A DNA stretch of 51,150 bases from Candidatus Nanopelagicaceae bacterium (GTDB lineage: Bacteria; Actinomycetota; Actinomycetes; Nanopelagicales; Nanopelagicaceae), in NCBI GenBank assembly GCA_044344975.1, contig JBIJBY010000001.1:1-51150 (forward strand). Direction: 5' to 3'. The position numbers and the translations under genes are program-made. Under the pieces are notes generated by a model. That model was not told the DNA's origin. It saw only the letters and a list, made by a program, of their open reading frames with translations, and searched no databases. Shown here in pieces: positions 11,594-21,819 of the stretch; within the stretch, counting starts at the first letter, position 1, and every line of letters starts with the position of its first letter.

Positions 11594-13203
11594 TGGCTTC
11601 ACACCCCTCTACATCGCCACAAGGCGATTCTTTCCATATTTACGACACCACGTTGCGCGATGGTGCGCAGCAAGAGGGGTTAAATCTCTCGGTTCACGAC
11701 AAGATGGTGATTGCACGCCACCTTGATGATTTAGGTGTGGGTTTTATCGAAGGTGGTTGGCCAGGAGCCAATCCGCGCGATACCGAATTTTTTGCCCGTG
11801 TGGCAAAAGAAATTCAATTTAAGAATGCACAATTTGTCGCCTTTGGTGCTACCCGTCGGCCAAATGTAAAGGCTGCCGATGATGAGCAAGTTCGTGCGCT
11901 TATCGATTCAAAAGCGCCGATTATTACTGTTGTCGCGAAGTCGCATGATCTGCACGTCGATCTTGCGCTCAAAACGTCCCTCGATGAGAACTTGGCGATG
12001 GTGCGCGACACAATTTCCTTTATGGTCAAAGAGGGGCGCCGAGTATTTCTTGATGCGGAACATTTCTTTGATGGCTATCGCGCCAATAAGGCATATGCAT
12101 TGGAAGTAGTGCGCGTTGCGATGGAGGCTGGCGCCGATGTTGCAGCGCTCTGCGATACCAATGGCGGAATGCTGCCATCTGAGATTGCTGACGTAGTCGC
12201 CGATACATTTTCAGTGACAGGCGCGCGAGTAGGAATTCACTGCCATAACGACACTGGGTGCGCGATTGCTAACTCACTTGCGGCAATCGATGCTGGTGCA
12301 ACGCACGTTCAAGGAACGCTCAATGGCTATGGTGAGCGAACTGGCAATGCCGACTTGGTATCGATTATCGCTAACTTGGAATTGAAATATAAGAAACCTG
12401 TACTTCCTCAGGGGCATCTTCGCGAAGCGTTCCGCATCTCTCACGCCGTTGCTGAAGTGACCAACATCGCGCCAAGCCCACGCCAACCATATGTGGGTCT
12501 CTCGGCATTCGCGCATAAAGCCGGCCTTCATGCATCGGCAATCAAAGTTGATCCGGCTCTCTATCAACATACCGAGCCTGAGTTCGTTGGAAACGATCGT
12601 CGAATGCTTGTCTCTGACATGGCAGGTCGCGCGTCGGTGGAATTAAAGAGCCAAGAGATGGGTATTGATTTAGGCGCTAACCGCGATCTCGTGGGCAAAG
12701 TTGTTGATCGCGTCAAAGAACTTGAAATGCGCGGCTACACCTTTGAAGCAGCAGATGCCTCCTTTGAACTGTTACTGCGCGAAGCAATTGCGGGCGAAAA
12801 GGTTCGTTTCTTCACGGTGTTGGAATGGTCAACGAATGTGGAGCGACGCCCCGATGCCTCTGTCATTTCGCGGGCAACGGTAAAAATCAAAGCGCGCGAC
12901 AAAGAGCTCATTACTGCCGGTGAAGGCAACGGCCCAGTCAATGCAATTGATAACGCACTTCGTAAAGGTTTAGAGAGTATTTACCCAGAATTAGCGGCTC
13001 TTGAATTGACTGATTACAAGGTACGCATCCTTGAAGGACGACAAGGAACGAGCGCAGTCACACGCGTGCTCGTCGAAACAAGTGATGGCGAAGGGGAGTG
13101 GACCACTGTTGGCGTCCACGAGAACGTGATCGCTGCCTCGGAAATGGCCCTTGAAGAGGCCGTTACCTATGGCTTACTCCGTAAAGGAATAAAGCCCGAG
13201 TAA
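11593..13203 (+). CDS. cimA: Citramalate synthase
   Basis: DTTLRDGAQQEG, EGGWPGANP, DAEHFFDG, HCHNDTG, AHKAGLH, GNGPVNAID. Start placed at the TAATG overlap with ilvE. Confidence 0.9.
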   Translation: MASHPSTSPQGDSFHIYDTTLRDGAQQEGLNLSVHDKMVIARHLDDLGVGFIEGGWPGANPRDTEFFARVAKEIQFKNAQFVAFGATRRPNVKAADDEQVRALIDSKAPIITVVAKSHDLHVDLALKTSLDENLAMVRDTISFMVKEGRRVFLDAEHFFDGYRANKAYALEVVRVAMEAGADVAALCDTNGGMLPSEIADVVADTFSVTGARVGIHCHNDTGCAIANSLAAIDAGATHVQGTLNGYGERTGNADLVSIIANLELKYKKPVLPQGHLREAFRISHAVAEVTNIAPSPRQPYVGLSAFAHKAGLHASAIKVDPALYQHTEPEFVGNDRRMLVSDMAGRASVELKSQEMGIDLGANRDLVGKVVDRVKELEMRGYTFEAADASFELLLREAIAGEKVRFFTVLEWSTNVERRPDASVISRATVKIKARDKELITAGEGNGPVNAIDNALRKGLESIYPELAALELTDYKVRILEGRQGTSAVTRVLVETSDGEGEWTTVGVHENVIAASEMALEEAVTYGLLRKGIKPE

Positions 13204-13213
13204 CCTTATTTAC

Positions 13214-14119
13214 ATGCTTGCAGAGTGCTTACCTAAATATGAAGAGCATCTGCGCCTACAAAGAAACCTCTCTGAGCACACCATCCGTGCATATATCGGT
13301 GATCTCACTTCGCTCTTTGCCCATAGCGCAGAGCTTGGCGTTACTTCAATAGATCAGCTCTCTCTTGCAGCTATTCGCTCTTGGTTAGCAACACAGCAAA
13401 GCAAAGGTGGCGCTCGAACCACAATTGCCCGTCGCGCAGTGGCGGTGCGCACTTTCACCGCATGGGCTACTAAAAATAATTTGATGCGCGAAGATGTGGG
13501 CGAGCGATTAGCAACCCCTAAATCACAACGAACTTTGCCGGTAGTGCTCACGGTTGCTGAAACAGAAGAGGTCTTTCAATCGCTAGAGAGCGCAATTGGT
13601 GAAGAGGCTGAACCACATGCCATTCGCAATATTGCCATTATTGAATTGCTTTACAGCACCGGTATTCGCGTCTCTGAGTTGTGTGGTGTGGATTCAGGAG
13701 ATATCGATAGAGCGCGAAATACCATCCGAGTTTTTGGTAAAGGGCGAAAGGAGCGAACAGTGCCGCTAGGCGCTCCTGCGCTCAAAGCGATTGATCGGTG
13801 GATTAGTGAAGCGCGAGAGAGTTATCTGAGCGCTACCTCTGGTAACGCCCTCTTTTTAGGCGCGCGCGGAAAACGAATTGATCCTCGAACGGTTCGTGAA
13901 ATTGTTTACAACGCCCTGTTAGCGCTACCAAATGCGCCAAAGTTTGGTCCACACGGATTGCGCCATAGCGCAGCTACGCACTTACTTGAACGTGGCGCAG
14001 ATTTGCGAACTGTCCAAGAAATCTTGGGACATGCATCTCTGGCAACAACACAGATTTACACTCACGTCTCAGAGGAGCGACTCAAAGCTGCATATCTCCA
14101 GGCGCACCCACGCGCGTAA
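13214..14119 (+). CDS. xerC: Tyrosine recombinase XerC
   Basis: Catalytic residues in GIRVSEL (R), GKGRKER (K), HGLRHS (HxxR), LGH and TTQIYTH (Y). Position next to M23-rpsB is typical of actinobacterial xerC. Confidence 0.88.
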   Translation: MLAECLPKYEEHLRLQRNLSEHTIRAYIGDLTSLFAHSAELGVTSIDQLSLAAIRSWLATQQSKGGARTTIARRAVAVRTFTAWATKNNLMREDVGERLATPKSQRTLPVVLTVAETEEVFQSLESAIGEEAEPHAIRNIAIIELLYSTGIRVSELCGVDSGDIDRARNTIRVFGKGRKERTVPLGAPALKAIDRWISEARESYLSATSGNALFLGARGKRIDPRTVREIVYNALLALPNAPKFGPHGLRHSAATHLLERGADLRTVQEILGHASLATTQIYTHVSEERLKAAYLQAHPRA

Positions 14120-14128
14120 TTAGCGCGT
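14110..14128. terminator. Possible bidirectional hairpin between convergent xerC and M23 genes
   Basis: ACGCGC-GTAATTA-GCGCGT inverted repeat lying across the junction of the two stop codons. Confidence 0.4.
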
Positions 14129-14661
14129 TAAGAAAAACGGGGGAGTAAAACCGCGCGACCAAGATGCTTCATGGGATTTGCATATCGCTTACCAATCCGT
14201 TCACCCCAATGCAGACATGGGCGTGCACAATGAAAGATTGGCGCTACGCGCGCAAAGTTTGTTCCTTGCATAACGGGATAGCCGATTGGGAAATCTGTTG
14301 TAGCAGGTAGGTAAGTTGTTCTGCGCAGTACAAGTTGATCATGATGAGTGAGCACAACTATTGGTATCTCGTTAACCGTTCCAGCAAAGGTAATCAACCC
14401 ACCCATAGGTGCGCGGATCTCTTCTCCAAATGTTGCAAGGAAATCAACTCCCATGTGAGTTGATGGTGGTGCACCGCTGCCACGTTTTCCTTGCGGGTTA
14501 AATGCGGTGAGAATCGGACGCTCTCCAGGAAGTGGAGATATCCAAGCCGGGCTATTTCCACTGTTCTTTGAGTTATTGGCCGTGGTCGGCAGCGAGAGGC
14601 CGGAGAGGAAGGCTGTGGTGGAAACAGTTGCGATTACTGCCCATTTAGAAGGTGATCTCAT
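14128..14661 (-). CDS. M23 family peptidase / murein hydrolase activator, secreted
   Basis: HMGVD (HxxxD) and CLHWG motifs, hydrophobic N-terminus after MRSPSK. Conserved position divergent from rpsB. Start codon uncertain. Confidence 0.8.
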   Translation of the reverse strand: MRSPSKWAVIATVSTTAFLSGLSLPTTANNSKNSGNSPAWISPLPGERPILTAFNPQGKRGSGAPPSTHMGVDFLATFGEEIRAPMGGLITFAGTVNEIPIVVLTHHDQLVLRRTTYLPATTDFPIGYPVMQGTNFARVAPIFHCARPCLHWGERIGKRYANPMKHLGRAVLLPRFS

Positions 14662-14754
14662 AACCGGCGATAGTGGGGCCGCGTCCGCCTCTTGAGCCTG
14701 ATGCTGGCTAAAGCTGGGGAATTCCTCCCCCTGTGGGTCGGGTAGGCTTACCCC

Positions 14755-14941
14755 CAGCACCGCGTCAAACCGGTGACTTCACGCAATTCGAGCCCCTTCA
14801 CTTGCTCGGTCCATACGCTAAAAGCGCGTGGTCCATACGAAGGGCGCCGGCTCAAATTGCTAGGGGTACGAACCAAATTGGTACGTACCAACAACCGAGT
14901 GCGCAAGGTTTTACCTTGTGCAGAATTAGGAGCGCGCAACC
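14755..14941 (+). promoter_or_regulatory. Structured rpsB 5' leader (candidate S2 autoregulatory element)
   Basis: -10 TAGGCT at 14743-14748. Nested stems GCAATT/AATTGC, GAGCC/GGCTC, CCCTTC/GAAGGG; hairpins at 14865-14889 and 14900-14922; CTCGGT/ACCGAG long-range pairing. Confidence 0.65.
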
Positions 14942-15727
14942 ATGGCGGTTGTCACCATGCGAGAACTCCTCGACAGCGGAGTCCACTTCGGACATCAAAC
15001 GCGTCGATGGAATCCAAAGATGAAGCGTTACATCTTCACTGAACGTAACGGCATCTACATCATCGATATCCAACAATCACTTGGTCTTATCGATCAAGCG
15101 TATGCATTCGTGAAAGATACCGTCGCACGCGGCGGAAATATTCTTTTTGTAGGAACAAAGAAGCAAGCGCAAGAGCCAATCATCGAACAGGCGAAGCGCG
15201 TTGGCATGCCCTATGTAACTGAGCGTTGGCTCGGCGGCATGCTTACCAACTTCAACACTGTGGCAAAGCGAATCGATCGCCTTAAAGAGCTCGAAGCGCT
15301 CGAAGCGAACCAAGATCAAATTCGTACCAAGAAAGAACTTCTTGTTCTTCGCCGCGAGAAAGATAAGTTGAAGAAGAACCTCGATGGCATTCGTAATATG
15401 ACAAAGACTCCAGCAGCTATCTGGGTCGTGGATACCAAGAAGGAGCACCTTGCAGTTCAAGAGGCGCACAAACTTGGCATCCCAGTCATTGCAATTCTCG
15501 ATACCAACTGCGATCCAGATGAGGTCGAATACAAGATTCCAGGAAACGACGATGCTATTCGCTCCGTCGCGCTCCTTACTCGCGTCATCGCAGATGCGGT
15601 CGTTGCGGGCATGCAAGCACGCCAGGCACAGAACAAGCCTGAGCCTGCAGCAGCAGCGGTTGCCGATGTAGCAGCTGAACTTGAGGCTGCAGCTGCACCA
15701 GCAGCTCCAGAAGCTCCAGCTAACTAA
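14942..15727 (+). CDS. rpsB: 30S ribosomal protein S2
   Basis: [40 protein letters not shown]. Confidence 0.99.
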   Translation: MAVVTMRELLDSGVHFGHQTRRWNPKMKRYIFTERNGIYIIDIQQSLGLIDQAYAFVKDTVARGGNILFVGTKKQAQEPIIEQAKRVGMPYVTERWLGGMLTNFNTVAKRIDRLKELEALEANQDQIRTKKELLVLRREKDKLKKNLDGIRNMTKTPAAIWVVDTKKEHLAVQEAHKLGIPVIAILDTNCDPDEVEYKIPGNDDAIRSVALLTRVIADAVVAGMQARQAQNKPEPAAAAVADVAAELEAAAAPAAPEAPAN

Positions 15728-15756
15728 ACGTCACTACTTAAAGAAAGCGTAGATAC

Positions 15757-16584
15757 ATGTCCTATACAGCAGAAGATGTGAAGCGCCTGCGCGAACAGAC
15801 AGCCGCGGGTATGTTGGATTGCAAGAAAGCCCTCGATGAGGCTGGTGGAGATTTCAATAAAGCAGTAGAGATCATCCGCGTTAAAGGTCTCAAGGGCGTT
15901 ACTAAGCGCGAAGGTCGCGCAACCTCTAATGGTCTTGTTACTGCAAAGGTTGATGGTGATTCGGGAGTAATCCTCGAACTCAACTGCGAAACTGACTTCG
16001 TCGCGAAAGGTGAACGCTTCCAGGCGCTCGCCGAGGAATTGCTCAACAAACTGGGCGCATCCAGCGTTAGCGATACCGAAGGGTTCTTAGCCTCAGATTT
16101 CGGTGGCGGTAAAACTGTGCAAGCCCATATCGATGAGGCAAATGCAACGCTCGGTGAGCGAATCGCCCTTCGTCGCGTCGGGGTCCTTAAGGGTGCACCA
16201 GTTGTTGCCTACCTCCATAAGACAAGTCCAGACCTTCCTCCACAAGTTGGCGTACTCCTTCAACTCAGCAAGGCAGCGGGGGAGATTGGTAAGGATGTCG
16301 CGCAGCACATCGCAGCATTCGCTCCGCAATATGTCACTCGTGAACAGGTTCCCGCAGATGTGATCGAGAATGAACGTCGCATCGCAGAAGAGACTGCCCG
16401 CAACGAAGGCAAGCCAGAGGCGGCCCTCGCCAAGGTTGTCGAAGGGCGAGTAACAGGCTTCGTCAAAGAGGTAAGCCTGGTGGAGCAAGCCTTTGCTAAA
16501 GACCAGAAGAAATCTGTAGCGCAGGTGTTGACCGAGGCTGGGACATCAGCGACCGCCTTCTTCCGTTTCCGCGTCGGACAGTAA
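15757..16584 (+). CDS. tsf: Elongation factor Ts
   Basis: [26 protein letters not shown]. Confidence 0.98.
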   Translation: MSYTAEDVKRLREQTAAGMLDCKKALDEAGGDFNKAVEIIRVKGLKGVTKREGRATSNGLVTAKVDGDSGVILELNCETDFVAKGERFQALAEELLNKLGASSVSDTEGFLASDFGGGKTVQAHIDEANATLGERIALRRVGVLKGAPVVAYLHKTSPDLPPQVGVLLQLSKAAGEIGKDVAQHIAAFAPQYVTREQVPADVIENERRIAEETARNEGKPEAALAKVVEGRVTGFVKEVSLVEQAFAKDQKKSVAQVLTEAGTSATAFFRFRVGQ

Positions 16585-16597
16585 GACAATAGTGACC

Positions 16598-17305
16598 ATG
16601 ACCTACTCGAGAGTCCTACTAAAGCTCTCGGGTGAGGTCTTTGGCGGAGGAACGGGAATCGGTGTTGATCCCGATGTCGTTCAAGGAATCGCAAAACAAA
16701 TCGCAGATGTCGCGCGTTCTGGCGTTGAGGTCGCAATTGTTGTCGGTGGTGGAAATTATTTCCGCGGTGCAGAGTTGCAACAGCGTGGCATGGATCGCGC
16801 ACGTGCTGATTACATGGGCATGCTCGGAACCGTTATGAACTGCCTTGCGCTCCAAGATTTCTTGGAGAAAGAGGGAGTGCCAACACGGGTACAGACTGCA
16901 ATTCATATGGGTCAAGTTGCCGAGCCCTACATTCCACTGCGCGCTATTCGCCACCTTAATAAAGGTCGTGTGGTGATCTTTGGTGCGGGCGCTGGGATGC
17001 CTTTCTTTACTACTGACACTGTTGCCGCACAACGTGCACTTGAGATTAAAGCCGAAGCGCTACTGCTAGCCAAGAGCGGTGTCGATGGCGTCTATTCCGC
17101 AGATCCTCGTAAAGATAAGAACGCAACCAAGTTTGAAAAGATCTCTTTTGATGAAGTCTTGAGCAAATCTTTAGCTGTTGCAGATGCAGCAGCCTTTAGC
17201 CTTTGTCGGGAAAACAATTTGCCCATCATTGTTTTCGACCTCATGAAAACTGGAAATATCGCCCGAGCAGTTCGTGGTGAATCTATCGGGACGCTTGTCT
17301 CTTAA
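16598..17305 (+). CDS. pyrH: UMP kinase
   Basis: [38 protein letters not shown]. Alternative GTG start at 16592. Confidence 0.97.
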   Translation: MTYSRVLLKLSGEVFGGGTGIGVDPDVVQGIAKQIADVARSGVEVAIVVGGGNYFRGAELQQRGMDRARADYMGMLGTVMNCLALQDFLEKEGVPTRVQTAIHMGQVAEPYIPLRAIRHLNKGRVVIFGAGAGMPFFTTDTVAAQRALEIKAEALLLAKSGVDGVYSADPRKDKNATKFEKISFDEVLSKSLAVADAAAFSLCRENNLPIIVFDLMKTGNIARAVRGESIGTLVS

Positions 17306-17316
17306 GGAGAATCGCA

Positions 17317-17883
17317 ATGTCAGATTTGGTGAATGAGATCCTCAAGGATTCTGATTCGAAGATGGATAAGGCAATCGAGGTTGCCCGAGATGACTTTGGT
17401 GCGATTCGCACCGGTCGCGCACACCCTTCAATGTTCGCCAAAATTATGGTCGACTACTACGGCACCTTCACTCCCTTGGCACAGTTAGCTTCTGTGCAAG
17501 TTCCTGAAGCGCGCATCGCGGTTGTCTCTCCCTACGATAAAGGTGCGATGGCGCTGATTGAGAAGGCTATTCGCGAATCTGATTTAGGCGTCAACCCCGC
17601 ATCCGATGGCGGCGTGATTCGCGTGAATTTCCCGCAGCTCACGGAAGATCGCCGTAAAGAATTTATCAAAGTTGCTCGAAATAAGGCAGAGGAATCTCGA
17701 GTATCAGTGCGTAATATTCGCCGCCATGCAAAAGAGTCACTCGAGAAGCTCGAGAAAGATGGCAAGGTTGGCAAAGATGATGTAGCGCGTGGCGAAAAAG
17801 AGCTAGATAAGAACACCAGCGCACATGTAGCGAAGATTGATGACCTGCTTAAGCATAAGGAGACCGAACTTCTCGAAGTTTGA
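17317..17883 (+). CDS. frr: Ribosome recycling factor
   Basis: IRTGRAHP, VDYYG, LTEDRRKE, RNIRR; TAAGGAG SD. Confidence 0.98.
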   Translation: MSDLVNEILKDSDSKMDKAIEVARDDFGAIRTGRAHPSMFAKIMVDYYGTFTPLAQLASVQVPEARIAVVSPYDKGAMALIEKAIRESDLGVNPASDGGVIRVNFPQLTEDRRKEFIKVARNKAEESRVSVRNIRRHAKESLEKLEKDGKVGKDDVARGEKELDKNTSAHVAKIDDLLKHKETELLEV

Positions 17884-17900
17884 GAGTTCGCGCCGCCGGC

Positions 17901-18740
17901 ATGTCAGACCTCCACTCACTCAATGAGGCGATAAACAAGAGGGCAGGGCGAAAGCTCATTCCTTCAATTGGCGTGGGAATCGTCATTCTTGCATTGGTGA
18001 TCGCCTCATTGAGCTTCTTCGACCGAACTCTTTTCGTTGCACTCGCGCTCGCCTTTGTTTATCGAGGAATTTGGGAGATGGACCGCGCACTCTCGCGCGC
18101 AAATATCTCTATCTGTAGCTCCTTATATCTATCCGCGACCGCAATTTTCCTAGCAGCCTGGTTTGAAGGAATTGCAGGAGTGGCTGTCTCAACTGCAATA
18201 ACAATTCCTTTCACTCTTGTTGCGATTTTGACACGCGGACCGAAAGATTTCGTTCGTAATGCATTTGCCAGCATTTTTACCTTGGCGTACATCCCGTTCT
18301 TAGCCTCCTTTTTACTTGTGATGGCAAAGGAAGAAGATGGTCTTCGGCGCATTATGACGTTGGTGGCCCTTGTTGCTTGTAACGATACTTTCGGTTATAT
18401 CTTTGGCGTTTTATTAGGCAAACATAAGATTGCGCCAGCAATTAGCCCCAAGAAGAGCTGGGAAGGCCTCGCTGGTTCCGTTATCTTCACCGCGCTCGGT
18501 GGCTCACTAATGTTCAGCACCTATTTCGATCAACCATGGTGGGTTGGTGTACTTGTAGGACTTGGTGCTGTGGTGACAGCTACCTCAGGTGATCTGATTG
18601 AAAGCGCAATTAAGCGCGACCTTGATCTGAAAGATATGGGTGCGCTTCTTCCTGGACATGGCGGCGTACTTGATCGACTCGATTCTGTTCTGCTTACCTC
18701 CCCATTTGTGTGGGCGATCTTGAACCTTGTGAGCTTGTGA
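17901..18740 (+). CDS. cdsA: Phosphatidate cytidylyltransferase
   Basis: ISPKKSWEG, GDLIESAIKR, LPGHGGVLDRLDS; multi-TM protein. Confidence 0.94.
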   Translation: MSDLHSLNEAINKRAGRKLIPSIGVGIVILALVIASLSFFDRTLFVALALAFVYRGIWEMDRALSRANISICSSLYLSATAIFLAAWFEGIAGVAVSTAITIPFTLVAILTRGPKDFVRNAFASIFTLAYIPFLASFLLVMAKEEDGLRRIMTLVALVACNDTFGYIFGVLLGKHKIAPAISPKKSWEGLAGSVIFTALGGSLMFSTYFDQPWWVGVLVGLGAVVTATSGDLIESAIKRDLDLKDMGALLPGHGGVLDRLDSVLLTSPFVWAILNLVSL

Positions 18741-18751
18741 GTTGATTAGCC

Positions 18752-19855
18752 ATGGATAAACCACTCATCATTGATGTTGCTCCCGTAACTAAGCGCGCTC
18801 CGCGACATTTTGCAGATCTTGCTCCCGAAGAGCGAGCGCAAGCAGTTTCGGAATTGGGTGAGCAAGGCTTTCGCGCCAAGCAATTAGCTAATCATTACTT
18901 TGCCCGCCACTCAGATAGACCAGAGTCATGGAGTGATATTTCGCCAGCAGTAGCGAAGAAACTTGCAGATGCGCTCTTTCCTCAGTTGTTAACTCCAGTG
19001 CGGACTATTGAGTGTGATGGGGGAACGACTCGGAAAGATCTCTGGAAGTTACATGATGGGGTGCTCGTCGAAAGCGTTCTCATGCGATATCCAGATCGCG
19101 CGACGCTCTGCATCTCATCCCAAGCAGGGTGCGGCATGAACTGTCCCTTCTGCGCCACTGGCCAAGCAGGACTTACTCGAAATTTGAGCGCAGGAGAGAT
19201 TACCGCTCAAGTTTTTGAGGCATCGAAGATTCTCGAAGCGGGATTGATGGGTGAGCCAATTCGCCTCTCCAATATTGTTTTCATGGGTATGGGTGAGCCA
19301 ATGGCTAACTACAACGCAGTGATGCGTTCGATTCGAAATATCACCTCTCCTGCACCAGATGGATTTGGAATTGGAGCGCGCTCGGTCACGCTCTCAACGG
19401 TGGGTGTGGTGACGGGAATCGAAAAGTTAATTCAAGAGAAAATTCCGGTAACTCTCGCCGTTTCGCTCCACACTCCTGACGACGAGCTGCGTGACACTTT
19501 GGTCCCGATTAACACTCGATGGAAAGTGCGCGAAGTTCTTGCTGCTGCCGATGAATATGCACGAACGACCGGGCGCCGATACTCAATTGAATATGCCTTG
19601 ATTCGCGATGTAAACGATCAAGCATGGCGTGCAGACCTTCTTGGTCGGATGCTTAAGAATAAGAATGCCCATGTCAATCTCATCCCACTAAACCCCACTC
19701 CAGGTTCGAAATGGACCGCATCACGCCCTGAGGACGAGAAGGCTTTTGTTGCCAAGTTGGAAAGCTACGGAGTCCCCGTAACTGTTCGTGATACTCGTGG
19801 GCGCGAGATTGATGGCGCATGTGGTCAGCTCGCGGCGAGTGAGTCCAATAAATAA
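18752..19855 (+). CDS. rlmN: Dual-specificity RNA m2A methyltransferase RlmN (radical SAM)
   Basis: [32 protein letters not shown]. Confidence 0.96.
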   Translation: MDKPLIIDVAPVTKRAPRHFADLAPEERAQAVSELGEQGFRAKQLANHYFARHSDRPESWSDISPAVAKKLADALFPQLLTPVRTIECDGGTTRKDLWKLHDGVLVESVLMRYPDRATLCISSQAGCGMNCPFCATGQAGLTRNLSAGEITAQVFEASKILEAGLMGEPIRLSNIVFMGMGEPMANYNAVMRSIRNITSPAPDGFGIGARSVTLSTVGVVTGIEKLIQEKIPVTLAVSLHTPDDELRDTLVPINTRWKVREVLAAADEYARTTGRRYSIEYALIRDVNDQAWRADLLGRMLKNKNAHVNLIPLNPTPGSKWTASRPEDEKAFVAKLESYGVPVTVRDTRGREIDGACGQLAASESNK

Positions 19856-19864
19856 GCGCTGGTA

Positions 19865-21154
19865 TTAAACGCGAATAAAAGAATTAAGCGTTTTTGCAAT
19901 TAGCGATGGGCGGTGAGTTAGCGCCTCTTCGCGATCTGCTAAATCTGTCGCAAAGACGCTGCCATTTACACCTAACCAACGTAGGGGCTCTGGCTCCCAC
20001 ATCGGACTCTGCCAATTCACATGAGGTAGCGAAGAGATGGGATGTGTGCGCTCTAGAATTAAATGCGCCAACGTTTTACCCGATAAATGGGAGAGCGTCA
20101 CTCCATCGCCTGAGTAGCCACCCGCTTTTCCGATACCGCTTCCTTTATCCCAATGAATGTACGGGTGCCAATCGCGGGGGATAGAAACTGCTCCACCCCA
20201 GCGGTGAGTGAAGCGCACCCTCTTTAAAATAGGGAACCAATCCCGAGCTAGCTCAATAATTTCCATGTGCGTGCGATGATCCATCTCGTGTTTTCTCTGC
20301 AAGCGGGAGCCAAAGAGATAACGTGCGCCGCGACCGCCAATTGCTAATCGATTATCCAGGGTACGTTGGCCATAGTTCACAAGATGGAGCGCTTCAGCAA
20401 AAGTTTCGCGATGGCGTAGCCCAATTTCCTCCCAAACTTCTTCAGCGAGCGGTTCAGTTGCCACCATTAACGAGTAAATCGGCGCGTGCTGGCGCGCTTT
20501 CTGTGAGAAAACTTCCGTTGCTTTGATGATGGAGGTGGCGCGGAGGCTTCCTTTTGCGGTTTTTATCAGAGTTGGTTCGATTGTAAGAGCGCGGCTATTT
20601 TCATAAATTCGTAGGCCATTTTTCTCGAGGTATTGCGCAAGCGCCCGGACTAAACGCCCTGGATGAATCACTGCGCAATCCGGGGTGAAGGTGCCGCCCA
20701 GGCTATTTCGCATTTTGATTCGCGAATTCATCTCTTCTTGACTTAATAATGTGGCATCGCGCGAGAGTGTTTCGCGAAGGCGAGAGAGTTGTGCTCGATT
20801 GCGCGCGATGGTGAGCGTGCCGCTCTTTACGAAGCCACTCTCAGGTGCATGGCTATGTGCAAAGGCGCCAATCTCATCTATCGATTGAAGAAGATGAGGT
20901 CGCACTTGCTCATAACCGGCAGAGGTTGGGTAGAGCGCAGAGCACCAACCACCATTTCGGCCGCTAGCGCCAAAACCAATTCGCTCTCCCTCAAGTATCA
21001 CGATGCGAAGTGAAGGGTCGAGCTCCTTCAAATAATAGGCAGACCAAAGTCCAGTGAATCCACCGCCAACAATTGCAACGTCTGCATCACTGTTGCCAAG
21101 AAGTGGTGGGCGCTGCTCATCGTTGTAGAGCAAAGTATCGCTCCAGAGGTTCAT
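19865..21154 (-). CDS. FAD-dependent oxidoreductase, PuuB/OrdL (DAO) family
   Basis: IVGGGFTGL, GASGRNGG, HPGRL, GYSGDGV, WEPEPLRW. Start at MNLWSD via an ATGA overlap with the upstream gene. Confidence 0.88.
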   Translation of the reverse strand: MNLWSDTLLYNDEQRPPLLGNSDADVAIVGGGFTGLWSAYYLKELDPSLRIVILEGERIGFGASGRNGGWCSALYPTSAGYEQVRPHLLQSIDEIGAFAHSHAPESGFVKSGTLTIARNRAQLSRLRETLSRDATLLSQEEMNSRIKMRNSLGGTFTPDCAVIHPGRLVRALAQYLEKNGLRIYENSRALTIEPTLIKTAKGSLRATSIIKATEVFSQKARQHAPIYSLMVATEPLAEEVWEEIGLRHRETFAEALHLVNYGQRTLDNRLAIGGRGARYLFGSRLQRKHEMDHRTHMEIIELARDWFPILKRVRFTHRWGGAVSIPRDWHPYIHWDKGSGIGKAGGYSGDGVTLSHLSGKTLAHLILERTHPISSLPHVNWQSPMWEPEPLRWLGVNGSVFATDLADREEALTHRPSLIAKTLNSFIRV

Positions 21155-21819
21155 GTCCGTCCTTCTGGCCATTCCTTGAGATATTCCGGGAGCGGGTGCG
21201 CAACAGTCATGCGCGGGTCGGGAACTGGAGCGCCGTAGCGATGCTCGATAGGAACATTTCCTGCCCACACCGGCCATGAGAGATCTTCTTCCTCATCTGC
21301 CGGAAATTTAGAAGAGATTTTGACGCTCGCTTCTTCTAAAGAGAGGGTGAGAATTGTGGTCTGCTTAATCTCTTTCTCGGTTGTCGGGCGCAGTGACTCG
21401 CGCCGGCCAGGAAGTAAGTGATCAGTTAGCCTCTCGAATGCACGCTCTTTTGCTACACCCTCAAGTTCCAAAGCTTTGCCGAGCACAAGAGCGCTTCGAT
21501 AGTTCATGGATGATTCGAAGGCAGAGCGTGCGAGCACTAACGCATCGAGAATCGTTACGGATACGGCGCATGAAGCTCCACTAGCGAGAATTTTGAAGAG
21601 GCGGGAAGCCTTCGAACCATGGAGCAATAGCGACTCCCCATCACGCGCGATTGCAACAGGGATAACGAAGGGTTGATCTTCATGGACAAATCCCACGTGA
21701 CCAACCAACGCAGCATCGAGTATTTGATAGAGAGCTTGCCTATCTTTAACCTCTTTATGCGGTATCCGATGGAGCGTTGTTCTCTTGGTTACACCTAGGG
21801 GCGCGTTCGAAGATTCCAT
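21151..21819 (-). CDS. Pyridoxamine 5'-phosphate oxidase-like (NimA-type) flavin-binding protein
   Basis: GHVGF, PFVIP, LHGSKASR, LVLARSAFESSMNYRS, WAG motifs. Confidence 0.85.
   Translation of the reverse strand: MESSNAPLGVTKRTTLHRIPHKEVKDRQALYQILDAALVGHVGFVHEDQPFVIPVAIARDGESLLLHGSKASRLFKILASGASCAVSVTILDALVLARSAFESSMNYRSALVLGKALELEGVAKERAFERLTDHLLPGRRESLRPTTEKEIKQTTILTLSLEEASVKISSKFPADEEEDLSWPVWAGNVPIEHRYGAPVPDPRMTVAHPLPEYLKEWPEGRT

Noticed and set aside
13214-14119. Tyrosine recombinase as the integrase of a mobile element
   Set aside because: Length, motifs (QEILGHASLATTQIYTHV, AHPRA end) and position beside M23-rpsB fit housekeeping XerC. No att repeats, tRNA or cargo genes are nearby.
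21155-21277. Long N-terminal extensions given by the ORF track (oxidase 21277, Lrp 23837, gabT 33339, M23 14760, patD 23851, cimA 11572)
   Set aside because: The extensions overlap neighbouring genes or promoter regions. Downstream ATGs have coupling overlaps, SDs, leaderless -10 boxes or (M23) a signal-like N-terminus.
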